64,000 nucleotides of DNA. It comes from Candidatus Competibacter sp. (GTDB taxonomy: Bacteria > Pseudomonadota > Gammaproteobacteria > Competibacterales > Competibacteraceae). This document shows, piece after piece, positions 1 to 8,852 of this stretch; the first letter of the stretch is position 1, and each line of letters starts with the position of its first letter. Under the pieces are notes generated by a model. The model did no database searches. It was given only the letters and a program-made list of their open reading frames with translations, and was not told where the DNA came from. The translations under genes were made by a program, and so were the position numbers. The stretch covers positions 21,006 through 85,005 of the forward strand of contig JAVMKJ010000110.1 in assembly GCA_031732855.1 (NCBI GenBank). Reading direction: 5' to 3'.

Positions 1-2771
1 AAGACATCGCCGATCCGGCGTCCAAGGCGCGGCAGGAGCTGGCCAAGTTCGGCGAAAGCACCGGCGATGTCTCGCAATTCATCGGCCGACTGATCGAACT
101 GGGACCGCGCGGGAATCAAGTCATCCGGGCCTTTTCCCAAGAAGCCGGCCCCGGCCTGGCCGGACTGTTGCGGGTGGGAACGGACGGGCTGGCGGAATAC
201 GGCCGGGCGCTGGAACGGGACGCGGTCGGCGGCCTGGAGAAAGCCAGCGCCACCATCAACGCCACCACCAAGGGCGCGCTGGAGCGGCTGGCGACCGCCT
301 GGGGACAGATCAAGGACACGCTGGCCGAACCGCTGTTGAAGCCCATCGCCGACGGCGCCGAGGCTCTGAGCAAAACCCTCGGCGACCTGCTCGCCAGCGG
401 CAAGCTGCAAAGCATCGCCGACGGCATCAAGAATCTGTACGTCGACGCCGCGCGATACGTCGATGACTTCCTGAAAAAGGTCGATTGGGACCGCTTCAAG
501 ACCCAGGCCGGCGACGCCATCGCCGCCGTCCGCACGGCGCTGGATCAAACCATCGACGGGGTCCAGGGGAAAATTCAGACCGTCTCCGACTGGACGTCGG
601 CTGTTTTCTCGCCGCTCACCCAGGCAATAGACGGCTATCGGCTGGCGTGGGCGCTGGCCAACAAGGATCAGGACGCGGCCGTCCGGCTCCAGCAACAAAT
701 CGAAGCGCGCACCGCCGCCATCAGTCGGGCGCTGAGCGGCACCAGCGCCGAGTATGCCAACGCGGGCGCCGCGGCGCGGACGTTCGGCGCCGCAACCGAA
801 GGCGCCGCGCGGGCCACCGATGCGCTGCAAGCCGCCCAGCAGGCCGCCGCCGCGCGCGTCGCCGAACTGGCCGAGGCGACGAAGCAGCAGGAAGCCGAAG
901 TCCAACGGTTGTACGAAGCCAACGCCCGGGGCCAGGCCAGCACCGAGGACTACGGCGCGGCCGTCGTGAAACTGTGGGAGCTGCAAGGCCGTCTGAAGAC
1001 CGCGCAGGCCGCCGCGACCGCCGCGCAGAAAGACGCCACCGAGGCGACCGCGCACGCCGTGCCCGTCGCGGAACGGCACGCCGCCGCGCTGAACAAAACC
1101 TGGGCCGAAACCGACGCCGCTTCCATCGCCGCGCTGAAATATCAAAACGCGCTGGCCGAAACCAACCGGCAGATACAAGCCGCGGCCAACAACGCCGGCG
1201 ACTGGAGCGAAGGGCTGCGGCTGAACGACGTCCAACTGCTCGGGCTGAAGGACGCCGCCGAAGCGACCGCCGAGCAACTGGATCGGGTGCGCCAGGCGCA
1301 ACGGGACGGGCTGGCCACGACCAACGACGTGCAGGCCGCGCTCAAGGTCGCCAACGACGCGCAGGACCGCTATACGAAGGCGCTGGCCGCCTGGGTGGAG
1401 CAGCAGGACCGGGTCGTCGCCGCCGCCCGGCGGGCGAACGACCTGGGCCAACAAGGGCTCGACCTGCAAATCCAGCAGGCGCAGGCGGCCGTCGATCTGG
1501 CCAAAGCCAAGGGCGACGCCAACGCGCAAAGCCAAGCCGAGGCCGCCCTGTCCGACCTGCTCCAGCAAAAAGCCGACGCGGCGGTGGCCGGGAAACAGCG
1601 CGAAATCGAAGCGTACCAAGCCTTGATCGACGCCACCCGCCAAAAGCTGGAAGCGGACGGCCAGCTCGGCGTGGCCGAACAGGCGCAACTGGCGGAAATG
1701 GCCGACAAGCGGGCCGCCCTGGAACTGGAACGGCAGAGCCTGGAGACGACCGCGCAAGCGATTCGCGATCAGGCCGCGGCCGTTCGCGAGTCGGCTAAAG
1801 CCCAAGCCGACGCGGCGAAAACCATCGCGGACGCGAAGGACCACGCCGAGCAGCTCGCCGCCGCCGGCGATCTGGTGTCTGGCGCGCTGACCGGCTGGGC
1901 GCAACGGTTGCAGGCGCTATCCCCCGCCGCGCGGGAAGCGTTCGATGGGTTCAAGCAAGGGTCCGATATCGCCGCGGCCGGCATCGAAGAACTCAATGCC
2001 GCCATGAGCAAGAACATGGACGAGCAGTCGAAGCTGACCGGCGCGGGCAGCGGTTTCGCGGCCTGGGCGAATCAGGTGGCCGATAAAGCGCTCGACATCG
2101 AGGCGTCTTTTTTGGGGCAAGCCAGCGCCGTCCAGCAACTCATCGATCGGCTGGGCGCCATCGGCAGCGCGACCGGGCTGGATACCCTGATCCGCCAGGC
2201 CGAACGGAGTCGCGAACAATTCGACCTGCTCGACCGGCAGCGTTTGGACAACCTGCAATCCGCCATCGACGCCGCGACCGACCGGCTGCGCCAGATGCAG
2301 GAGGAAGCCGCCAGCGCCAAGGACCGCCTGGCCGAACTGAACGCCGAAATCGCCCGCGAACGCGGCGACACCGCCACGGCGGACCGGCTGCGGCTCGAAC
2401 TGGAGCAGCGTCAGGCGCTGGCCGAAGTCGAGGCGAATCTGGCCCAGGCCCGCAACGAACAGAATCAAGAGCTGATCCGGCTCTACGAAGAGCAGAAAAA
2501 CAAGCTCCAGGAGCTGTACGACCTGAAGGAACGCAACCTGGAACAGGAACGCCGCCAGGCCCAAGCCGCCGCCGGGTCGAACGCGGGCAGCGCCGGCAGC
2601 TCCAGCAGCGCCGGCAGTTCCGGCAGTTCCGGCAGTTCCGGCGGATCCGGCAAAACCTACACTTTGAACCTGGTCGGCAGCGGCGGCAGCACGCTGACCG
2701 CCAGCACGAACACCGACCCGGCCGCGTTCCTCGACGAACTGGAGCGCGCCCAAGCCAGGAGCCTCGCCTGA
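1..2771 (+). CDS. Phage tail tape-measure-like protein (5' end outside window)
   Basis: Reading frame 3 is open from nt 3 to the TGA at 2769-2771, so the listed Met at 168 is internal and the gene enters from upstream. The product is over 860 aa, Ala/Gln/Glu/Leu-rich with long heptad-like stretches and a Gly/Ser-rich C-terminal tail. It lies directly 5' of large tail-type genes. The call rests on composition, size and position only. Confidence 0.6.
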   Translation, partial: DIADPASKARQELAKFGESTGDVSQFIGRLIELGPRGNQVIRAFSQEAGPGLAGLLRVGTDGLAEYGRALERDAVGGLEKASATINATTKGALERLATAWGQIKDTLAEPLLKPIADGAEALSKTLGDLLASGKLQSIADGIKNLYVDAARYVDDFLKKVDWDRFKTQAGDAIAAVRTALDQTIDGVQGKIQTVSDWTSAVFSPLTQAIDGYRLAWALANKDQDAAVRLQQQIEARTAAISRALSGTSAEYANAGAAARTFGAATEGAARATDALQAAQQAAAARVAELAEATKQQEAEVQRLYEANARGQASTEDYGAAVVKLWELQGRLKTAQAAATAAQKDATEATAHAVPVAERHAAALNKTWAETDAASIAALKYQNALAETNRQIQAAANNAGDWSEGLRLNDVQLLGLKDAAEATAEQLDRVRQAQRDGLATTNDVQAALKVANDAQDRYTKALAAWVEQQDRVVAAARRANDLGQQGLDLQIQQAQAAVDLAKAKGDANAQSQAEAALSDLLQQKADAAVAGKQREIEAYQALIDATRQKLEADGQLGVAEQAQLAEMADKRAALELERQSLETTAQAIRDQAAAVRESAKAQADAAKTIADAKDHAEQLAAAGDLVSGALTGWAQRLQALSPAAREAFDGFKQGSDIAAAGIEELNAAMSKNMDEQSKLTGAGSGFAAWANQVADKALDIEASFLGQASAVQQLIDRLGAIGSATGLDTLIRQAERSREQFDLLDRQRLDNLQSAIDAATDRLRQMQEEAASAKDRLAELNAEIARERGDTATADRLRLELEQRQALAEVEANLAQARNEQNQELIRLYEEQKNKLQELYDLKERNLEQERRQAQAAAGSNAGSAGSSSSAGSSGSSGSSGGSGKTYTLNLVGSGGSTLTASTNTDPAAFLDELERAQARSLA
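2613..2639 (+). repeat. 9-bp tandem repeat (GGCAGTTCC x3) inside the tape-measure-like gene
   Basis: Three perfect copies lie at 2613-2639. They sit within a longer imperfect GGCAGC/GGCAGT tract (about 2586-2650) that encodes the Gly/Ser tail SAGSSGSSGSSGGSG. Confidence 0.8.
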
Positions 2772-5700
2772 TGGCCATCACCGTCGCCGACCTCAAATTC
2801 TTCCAGTCCGAGCGGATGACCGACGAAGCCGATGGGGGCGGGCGTATGGCCGCGACCGAAATCGTCTCCGGCGCCGACAACCAGATTTTCGACGACGTCA
2901 GCGACGTGGACCGCGCGGCCGGCGATGTGTCGATTCGCAAAGCCTACGCGGCGGTGACCAGCCCGGACACCGACAAGTATCTCGACGCCGGCGTGGTGGT
3001 GTTCGCGGAGCCGACCGACCCCAACACCTCGGTGCTGGCCTTTTCCACCGGCTCGTTCTACGACGAACGCGCCGACCTGAAGAGCCGGCTGGAACAGTCC
3101 ATTTCCCGCGGGGCGCGCCACAACGGCTGGCTGTGGGGCACGCACCTGATCGGACAGCGGGCGCTGTCGCTGTGGCAGCGCCCCGAAGCGCCGCTGCCGG
3201 CGTCGGGCAGCCGCATCGAGCTGGTGAAGTTTTCCGCCGGGGTCGAAATCGCCTCGCAGTTCTGTTGGATCACGCGGGTGACCGATGCCCTCCAGACCAT
3301 CTACGAGGTCTATAACGGCCAGACCCTCACGTTCGACGTGCGGGCGGTGACGCTGGAAATCGCCGAACCGCTGACCGTCGCGTTCGTCGGCCCCGAACCG
3401 GCCCGGGCCGATCCGTTCGCCTCGTCCGCCACGGCGATGATCTACCAGACGCGCTACAACGCCGAGGCCGTGCCGCTGTTCGGGGTCAAGCCCGTGGTGG
3501 AAGCGGCCGGCGTCGGCGATTTCTCGGTCAAGGTCGCAAGCCTCTATTCCCCGCTGATCCCGACCGCCTTCACCGAAACCGCGCTGCCCGACGTGACGCC
3601 CGGCGGCGATTCGCCGGCCCTGATCGGCGGCAACGCCGAGGCCGTGTCGTTCTCCACGACCGTGCAATGCATCAAGCCCGACGCCGCGCTGTACTGCGGG
3701 ACCGGCATGCTGCCCGGCACGCTGAGCATCGCCGTTTCCGGCTCGACCCTCACCGACGACAACGGCGCGGTGCTGCTGGCCGGAACGGACGTGGGGAGCG
3801 TCGATTACGGCAACGGAGTCGTGCGCTGGACCTCGGCCTGTCCGAACTACGGGACCGCCACCAAGGTGGTGACCTTCCGGCCGGCGGCCCGGCCGCTCCA
3901 GGTGCAGGAAACGACCGCGCTGGCGGTGACGGCGGAAAATCGCGGCTTCGTCTGGGTCGCCACGCTGGCGCCGATCCCCGCGCCCGGCACCCTGCGGGCC
4001 AGCTATCGGGTCAACCACCAGTGGTACGTGCTGAACGACCTGGGCGGCGGCCGGCTGACCGGCGCGGATTCCAGCTACGGATCCGGCTCGCTGAACTTCG
4101 CCACCGGCACGGTGACGCTCACGACCGGCGCGCTGCCGGACGTGGGGTCCGACATCATCCTGGCGTGGGGCATTCCGGCCGCCTACACCGCGCGCGGCGG
4201 GGCTTCCGTCGATGCGCCCGTGGTTCGCGCGACGACCGTCCACCCCAACGTCGCGCCCAACACGGTGACGGTGACCTGGAGCGGCTTCAGCCTGACCGAC
4301 GACGGTGTCGGCAACCTGACCGGAACCGGCGGCGTCGGCTTCATCCGCTACGCGACCGGCGAGTGGTGGGTGCGGCCGACCGCGATCCCCGCCGGCGGAA
4401 CCGAGTTCGAAATCGAATACGACTGGGGCGATCCCATCGAGGAAACCTTCGCCCATCCGCTGCGCGAGGGCAACGGCCATCTGGCGCTGGCGCTGAACGA
4501 AACCAACCTGTCGCCGGGTTCGGTGGAGGTGGAGTGGAACCTGCTGGTGCTGGATTACGAAGCGGTCTACGGCGCGTCTCTGATCGATTTCGTGCCGGCG
4601 CCGATCGTGAACGGTGTCCCGTTCGACCCGATCAAGATCGCGCGCGACGACGGCGCGGGCCACCTGCCGATCTCCGGCGGCACGAACGGCACGGTGAACT
4701 ACGCGGCGGGGACGGTCGATTTCCTGCCCGACGTGACGGTCAGCATCCCCAAGCCGCTCTACTCGAACCACGAACTGGGGCAGTCCTCCTACACCGGCGG
4801 CGGCGGCACGGCCGTCTATTCGAACTGGCGCACCACGTTCGACGGCTGGGAATACATCCCGGCCGGGGCGCAGTATCCGAACGACGAAACCGGCCTGGTG
4901 AAGGTGCGCTATCGGGTGGCGGGCGGCGATACCACCGCGACCGAGACGGTGACGCTGGCCGCGCTGGAGTTCGACCTGACGAAAGGCTATGCCGAAACCC
5001 TCGTCGCCGGTTCGACCCGCTTCCTGTTCGGCGGCGCGACCTACGTCGAAACCGCCGGCCAACTCTATCGCAACCCCGGACCGGACACCGGCGCGGGCAC
5101 GCTGGCCGGCAGCCTGGACCGCTCCAGCGGGCGCGTCTCGCTGTCGGCCTGGACGGCCGGCGGCGCCAACGCGGTGACGCTCCAGTCGCTGACCACGTCG
5201 CTGGACGTGAAGCCGATCTCGGAAGTCGTGTTCCGCACGCCGGTGGCGCCGATCAAGCCCGGCACCCTGCAACTGCGCTGGACCACCTTGACCGGCGCGG
5301 CCAAAACGAAGACGGTGGACGGGACCGGCCGGCTGGAAGATACCGACGTTTACATCCTCGTCGATGCGCTGCTCGGCGTGGTCCGGGCGCGCTTCGGCCA
5401 GTGGAAGAACGACGCCGACGTGACCCCGGCCGAAAAGCTGGAACCGTGGTACGGGACCGACTACCGGGTCACCCTCGGCGGCGTGCTGAAAATCTGGAAG
5501 CCCAAGCCGGCGCTGGCCGATTCCATCGCCTACAACGCCGTCGCCCAGACCTTCCTGCCGCCGGATTCCGCGTTGCTCGGCCTGGACGCCGCCCGCCTGC
5601 CGCCGGACGGCCAGGCGCTGATCTTCAACACCGGCCGGCTGGTGCTGGTGCATCACACCGATTCCGTCACCGAAACCAGCCTCAGCCCGACCGAAGTCAT

Positions 5701-6433
5701 CGACTGCGGCCGGGTCCGGCTGTACCGGGTGGCGATCGAGGACGCGGACAAAAAGCGCCTGCCGGCGGATTTCTATACGGTGGATCGGGAGCTGGGCACG
5801 GTGACGATGTCGCCGACCCTGAACCTGACCGGGTACAGCGGTCCCTACACAATCTGGCACACCGTGGCCGATCTGGCACGACTGGTGGCGGTGGACATAT
5901 CCGGCGCGCTGTCGCTGAACAAGGCGCTGTCGCACGTCTACCCGGAAGATGAAAGCCGCGTGTCCGGCGTGCTGTACGCCGGGACGCTCCAGGCCCGCGT
6001 CTCGACCGTGTTCGCCCAGAGCACCTGGGACGGGGTGTGGAGCGATACGTTGCGCGGCTCCGCGCCGCTGGCCGACTACAACGACGCGCTGTATCCCATC
6101 GCCACGTCGAACGCGGGGGCGTACCCGGACCGGATTCTGGTGAAGTTCACCAGCAGCACGGCCTTCCAGGTGATCGGCGAAAATCTGGGGCTGATCGCCG
6201 TCGGCGACGTCAACCAGAACTGCGCCCCGGTCAACAGCCTGACCGGCGAGACCTATTTCACCCTCGACTACCGGGGGTGGGGCGCCGGCTGGGCCACCGG
6301 CAACTGCCTGCGCTTCAATCTGATCGGCGCCGCGTTCCCGGTCGACCTGGTCCGCGCCATCCAGCCGAGCACGCCGAGCGGGGAGGATGATTCGGTGGAG
6401 CTTCTATTTATTGGCAATACTGATAGTCCGTAG
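2771..6433 (+). CDS. Large phage tail / baseplate or host-specificity-type structural protein (family not recognised)
   Basis: 1220-aa ORF whose ATG overlaps the tape-measure stop. It has a balanced Thr/Gly/Val/Ala-rich, beta-type composition. The competing 1092-aa antisense ORF translates to Arg/Gly-rich low-complexity sequence. I recognised no family motif, so the function is inferred from size and position. Confidence 0.55.
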   Translation: MAITVADLKFFQSERMTDEADGGGRMAATEIVSGADNQIFDDVSDVDRAAGDVSIRKAYAAVTSPDTDKYLDAGVVVFAEPTDPNTSVLAFSTGSFYDERADLKSRLEQSISRGARHNGWLWGTHLIGQRALSLWQRPEAPLPASGSRIELVKFSAGVEIASQFCWITRVTDALQTIYEVYNGQTLTFDVRAVTLEIAEPLTVAFVGPEPARADPFASSATAMIYQTRYNAEAVPLFGVKPVVEAAGVGDFSVKVASLYSPLIPTAFTETALPDVTPGGDSPALIGGNAEAVSFSTTVQCIKPDAALYCGTGMLPGTLSIAVSGSTLTDDNGAVLLAGTDVGSVDYGNGVVRWTSACPNYGTATKVVTFRPAARPLQVQETTALAVTAENRGFVWVATLAPIPAPGTLRASYRVNHQWYVLNDLGGGRLTGADSSYGSGSLNFATGTVTLTTGALPDVGSDIILAWGIPAAYTARGGASVDAPVVRATTVHPNVAPNTVTVTWSGFSLTDDGVGNLTGTGGVGFIRYATGEWWVRPTAIPAGGTEFEIEYDWGDPIEETFAHPLREGNGHLALALNETNLSPGSVEVEWNLLVLDYEAVYGASLIDFVPAPIVNGVPFDPIKIARDDGAGHLPISGGTNGTVNYAAGTVDFLPDVTVSIPKPLYSNHELGQSSYTGGGGTAVYSNWRTTFDGWEYIPAGAQYPNDETGLVKVRYRVAGGDTTATETVTLAALEFDLTKGYAETLVAGSTRFLFGGATYVETAGQLYRNPGPDTGAGTLAGSLDRSSGRVSLSAWTAGGANAVTLQSLTTSLDVKPISEVVFRTPVAPIKPGTLQLRWTTLTGAAKTKTVDGTGRLEDTDVYILVDALLGVVRARFGQWKNDADVTPAEKLEPWYGTDYRVTLGGVLKIWKPKPALADSIAYNAVAQTFLPPDSALLGLDAARLPPDGQALIFNTGRLVLVHHTDSVTETSLSPTEVIDCGRVRLYRVAIEDADKKRLPADFYTVDRELGTVTMSPTLNLTGYSGPYTIWHTVADLARLVAVDISGALSLNKALSHVYPEDESRVSGVLYAGTLQARVSTVFAQSTWDGVWSDTLRGSAPLADYNDALYPIATSNAGAYPDRILVKFTSSTAFQVIGENLGLIAVGDVNQNCAPVNSLTGETYFTLDYRGWGAGWATGNCLRFNLIGAAFPVDLVRAIQPSTPSGEDDSVELLFIGNTDSP

Positions 6434-6442
6434 GGAACGTCG

Positions 6443-7618
6443 ATGCCTGATACCCGTGTCGTCTATCTCGATTCCACGATGACCGGCGCGCCGGAGCTGT
6501 CCGGCACGGCCGGGGCGCTGGTCGGCGTGCTGGATGCCTGCCTGGTCGACGGCTGCGGGTCCGTCACCCTGGATAGCCTGGTCGTCGCCGGCAACGTCGC
6601 CACCGGGACGGTCGGCACCGGCCATCATTTCGCGATGCTCGCCGATGGAGTCGGTCCGGTCGTCGTCGTGTCCGGGGCCACGCCGAGCGGGCTGAACGGC
6701 CGCTGGCGGCTGGCGAGCGTGCCGAACGCGACGACGTTCACCTTCGCCACGAGCGGCATTTCGAATCAGACCGCGAGCGGAACCATCGCGGCGAAACGCG
6801 CGCCGGCCGGGTGGGAGAAAGCCTTTTCCGCCACCGACAAGGCCGCCTATCGAGCCGTCGAGGAGGCCGGGGCGCGGTTGTATTGCCGCGTGGAGGATAC
6901 GGCGGGCGTCTCGGCGACGGTGGCGCTGGTGCGCGGATACGAAGCGATGACCGGCATCGACGCCGGAACGGGACCGTTCCCCACCGACGCACAGAACGGC
7001 GGGACGCTCTACGCCCGGAAATCGACGGTCGCGTCCGGCACGGCGCGCCCCTGGGCGTTCGTCGGCGACGAGGCCGCGTTTTACCTGTGGATCGGGATGG
7101 GCGGCGGGCCGATCGGCGAGGTGACGTACTTCGGCGACCTGATGTCCCTCGTCGAGGGCGAAACCTTCGGCTGCGGCCTGCACGCCGCGTTCAACAGCGC
7201 CTCGGCGGAGAACAGCCACAACTTCTTCAACGTCTTCAACAACGGCACCACGTCCGATTCCGGGTTCTATCTCGCGCGGGGCGCCAACCAAGTCGGCGCG
7301 GCCATTCCGGCGCAGAAGATCGGCGTCTACAACACGGGTACCCGGCTGGGCGCGTGCGCGTATCCCCGGAACCCGAGCGATGCGAATTACGCCTACGTCG
7401 GGATGCCGATCTACGTGCTGGACCGCGCGCTCGACGACGCCGGCGCGTGCCTGCGCGGTCGCTTGCCCGGCGCGCTGGCCCCGGTCGGGAACGGCTCCCA
7501 GATCGTGGCGGGCGTTCCGGTCTCGACCGACGACGGCGGCGTGCTGCTGCCGCTGAACATCGCCTACGGCAGCTATCCGTCCCGGCTGCTGCTCGACCTG
7601 CTGGGTCCGTGGCGATGA
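6443..7618 (+). CDS. Hypothetical phage tail-module protein
   Basis: 391-aa ORF starting 9 nt after the previous stop. Its stop overlaps the next start (ATGA at 7615-7618). No motif recognised. Confidence 0.5.
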   Translation: MPDTRVVYLDSTMTGAPELSGTAGALVGVLDACLVDGCGSVTLDSLVVAGNVATGTVGTGHHFAMLADGVGPVVVVSGATPSGLNGRWRLASVPNATTFTFATSGISNQTASGTIAAKRAPAGWEKAFSATDKAAYRAVEEAGARLYCRVEDTAGVSATVALVRGYEAMTGIDAGTGPFPTDAQNGGTLYARKSTVASGTARPWAFVGDEAAFYLWIGMGGGPIGEVTYFGDLMSLVEGETFGCGLHAAFNSASAENSHNFFNVFNNGTTSDSGFYLARGANQVGAAIPAQKIGVYNTGTRLGACAYPRNPSDANYAYVGMPIYVLDRALDDAGACLRGRLPGALAPVGNGSQIVAGVPVSTDDGGVLLPLNIAYGSYPSRLLLDLLGPWR

Positions 7619-8454
7619 GCGACGTGCTGTGGAACGCGGCGGATGCCGGGTCCGGCATCGTTCTGAGCGACGCGGATAAAACGGCCGCCTCGTCGGGCGG
7701 CTGGTACGTGGTGCGCGCGACCGCCCGCGACGACGCGGGGAAACGCTATTTCGAGGTCGTGTTGCCGGACAGCCCGAACGTCTACGTCATCGTCGGGGTG
7801 GCCAGCGAAAACGTAGCCCTGTCCGGCTACGTCGGCGGGTCCGCCGAAAGCTGGGGCTATCAGACCGGCGGCTACAAACGCAACGCCGGCGACTATGAGG
7901 GCGGCTACGGGGGCGGCGAAAGCGCGGGCGACGTCCTGATGTGCGCCTACGATCTCGGCGCCGGCAAGATCTGGTGGGGGAAAAATGGGTCCTGGTTCGC
8001 CGGCGGCGACCCGGAAACCGGCGCGAACCCCGCCTATTCGAACCTGTCCGGCACGCTGTATCCCGCCATCAGCCCGTATACCACGGCGCGCGGCACGCTG
8101 CGCGCCGTCGAGATGGCGTACGCGCCCGCCGGATACGCCGCGCCGTCCGTCATCCAGCCGCCGGGCGGAAGGGTTCTGACGGGCTTCGTGGCGGCGAGGC
8201 CCTACGACGGCGGTCGCCAGCGCGTGCGCGGCACCATCACCGAACTGGGCGTGCCCGGACCCTATCGCGTCCGGCTGTTCGACCGGCGCACGGGCCGCCT
8301 GCTGCGCGAAACCTGGAGCGCGGCGGACGGCGCGTATCAGTTCGCGGGCATCGCCTACCGTCCTCAGGGCTACGTCGTCGTGGCGCACGATCGCGGCGAC
8401 GACCCGCTGAACGCGGCCATCGCCGACCTGGTCACCCCGGAACCGATGCCATGA
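7615..8454 (+). CDS. SPRY/B30.2-like (concanavalin-fold) domain protein in the phage tail module
   Basis: The start was moved to the ATG at 7615, which overlaps the upstream stop. The listed ORF 6811-8454 has an Arg-rich out-of-gene 5' extension. The order GKRYFEVVL .. VGV .. SWGYQ .. GDVLMCAYDLGAGKIWWGKNGSWF .. LYPAIS follows the SPRY signature. Confidence 0.55.
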   Translation: MSDVLWNAADAGSGIVLSDADKTAASSGGWYVVRATARDDAGKRYFEVVLPDSPNVYVIVGVASENVALSGYVGGSAESWGYQTGGYKRNAGDYEGGYGGGESAGDVLMCAYDLGAGKIWWGKNGSWFAGGDPETGANPAYSNLSGTLYPAISPYTTARGTLRAVEMAYAPAGYAAPSVIQPPGGRVLTGFVAARPYDGGRQRVRGTITELGVPGPYRVRLFDRRTGRLLRETWSAADGAYQFAGIAYRPQGYVVVAHDRGDDPLNAAIADLVTPEPMP

Positions 8455-8849
8455 ACGATCTGATCCGGTTTGCGACCGCGCGGCGCAGCGCCCGCGCCGG
8501 CCTGCACGGCGCGTGGCTGGACGGCGGGACGCTGAAGGTGTATTCGGCGCCGGTTCCGGCCGATGCCGATACGGCCATCACCTCGCAGACGCTGCTGGCC
8601 GCGTTCGATCTGCCCGATCCGTTCGGCGACGAAGACGACGGCGTGCTGACCGCCGCCACCATCCCCGCCGCGCTCAATCTGGCGACCGGCACGGCCGCCT
8701 GGGCGCGGGCGTTCGACGCCCTGGGCGCGGCGATCGGCGATTACGACGTGGGCGCCACCGGCAGCGGCGCGGCCGTCGAAATGGACAACCTGTCGGTCGT
8801 ATCCGGCTCGCTCAGCGCCATCACCTCGTTCGTCGTCACCGAGGGCTAG
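8451..8849 (+). CDS. Small hypothetical phage protein (132 aa)
   Basis: The ATG at 8451 overlaps the previous stop (ATGA). The part of listed ORF 7941-8849 upstream of it is Arg-rich overlap. Composition is reasonable (MNDLIRFATARR..VVTEG). No motif recognised. Confidence 0.45.
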   Translation: MNDLIRFATARRSARAGLHGAWLDGGTLKVYSAPVPADADTAITSQTLLAAFDLPDPFGDEDDGVLTAATIPAALNLATGTAAWARAFDALGAAIGDYDVGATGSGAAVEMDNLSVVSGSLSAITSFVVTEG

Positions 8850-8852
8850 CCC

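Noticed and set aside
485-1798. 437-aa alternative-frame ORF inside the tape-measure-like gene, plus the other Arg/Pro/Gly-rich overlapping ORFs listed throughout
   Set aside because: The translation is extreme in Arg/Gly/Pro. It lies wholly inside a better-supported frame.
2657-5935. 1092-aa ORF on the minus strand
   Set aside because: It is antisense to the 1220-aa tail gene. Its translation is Arg/Gly/Ala/His/Gln-rich low-complexity sequence, typical of the reverse frame of a high-GC gene, whereas the plus-strand product has normal protein composition and coupled neighbours.
6811-7614. Long 5' extensions of listed ORFs (6811-8454, 7941-8849, 10085-10906, 12869-14524, 14672-15721, 18448-19083, 18858-20051, 29767-30828, 31015/31497 starts, 32511, 42809-44083, 50879-51859, 51717-52955, 57108-57695, 58692-59474)
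   Set aside because: The extensions overlap the preceding gene in another frame and translate to Arg-rich sequence, or they begin at TTG/GTG. In each case an internal ATG or GTG gives the homologous N-terminus, a start/stop overlap, or a Shine-Dalgarno.
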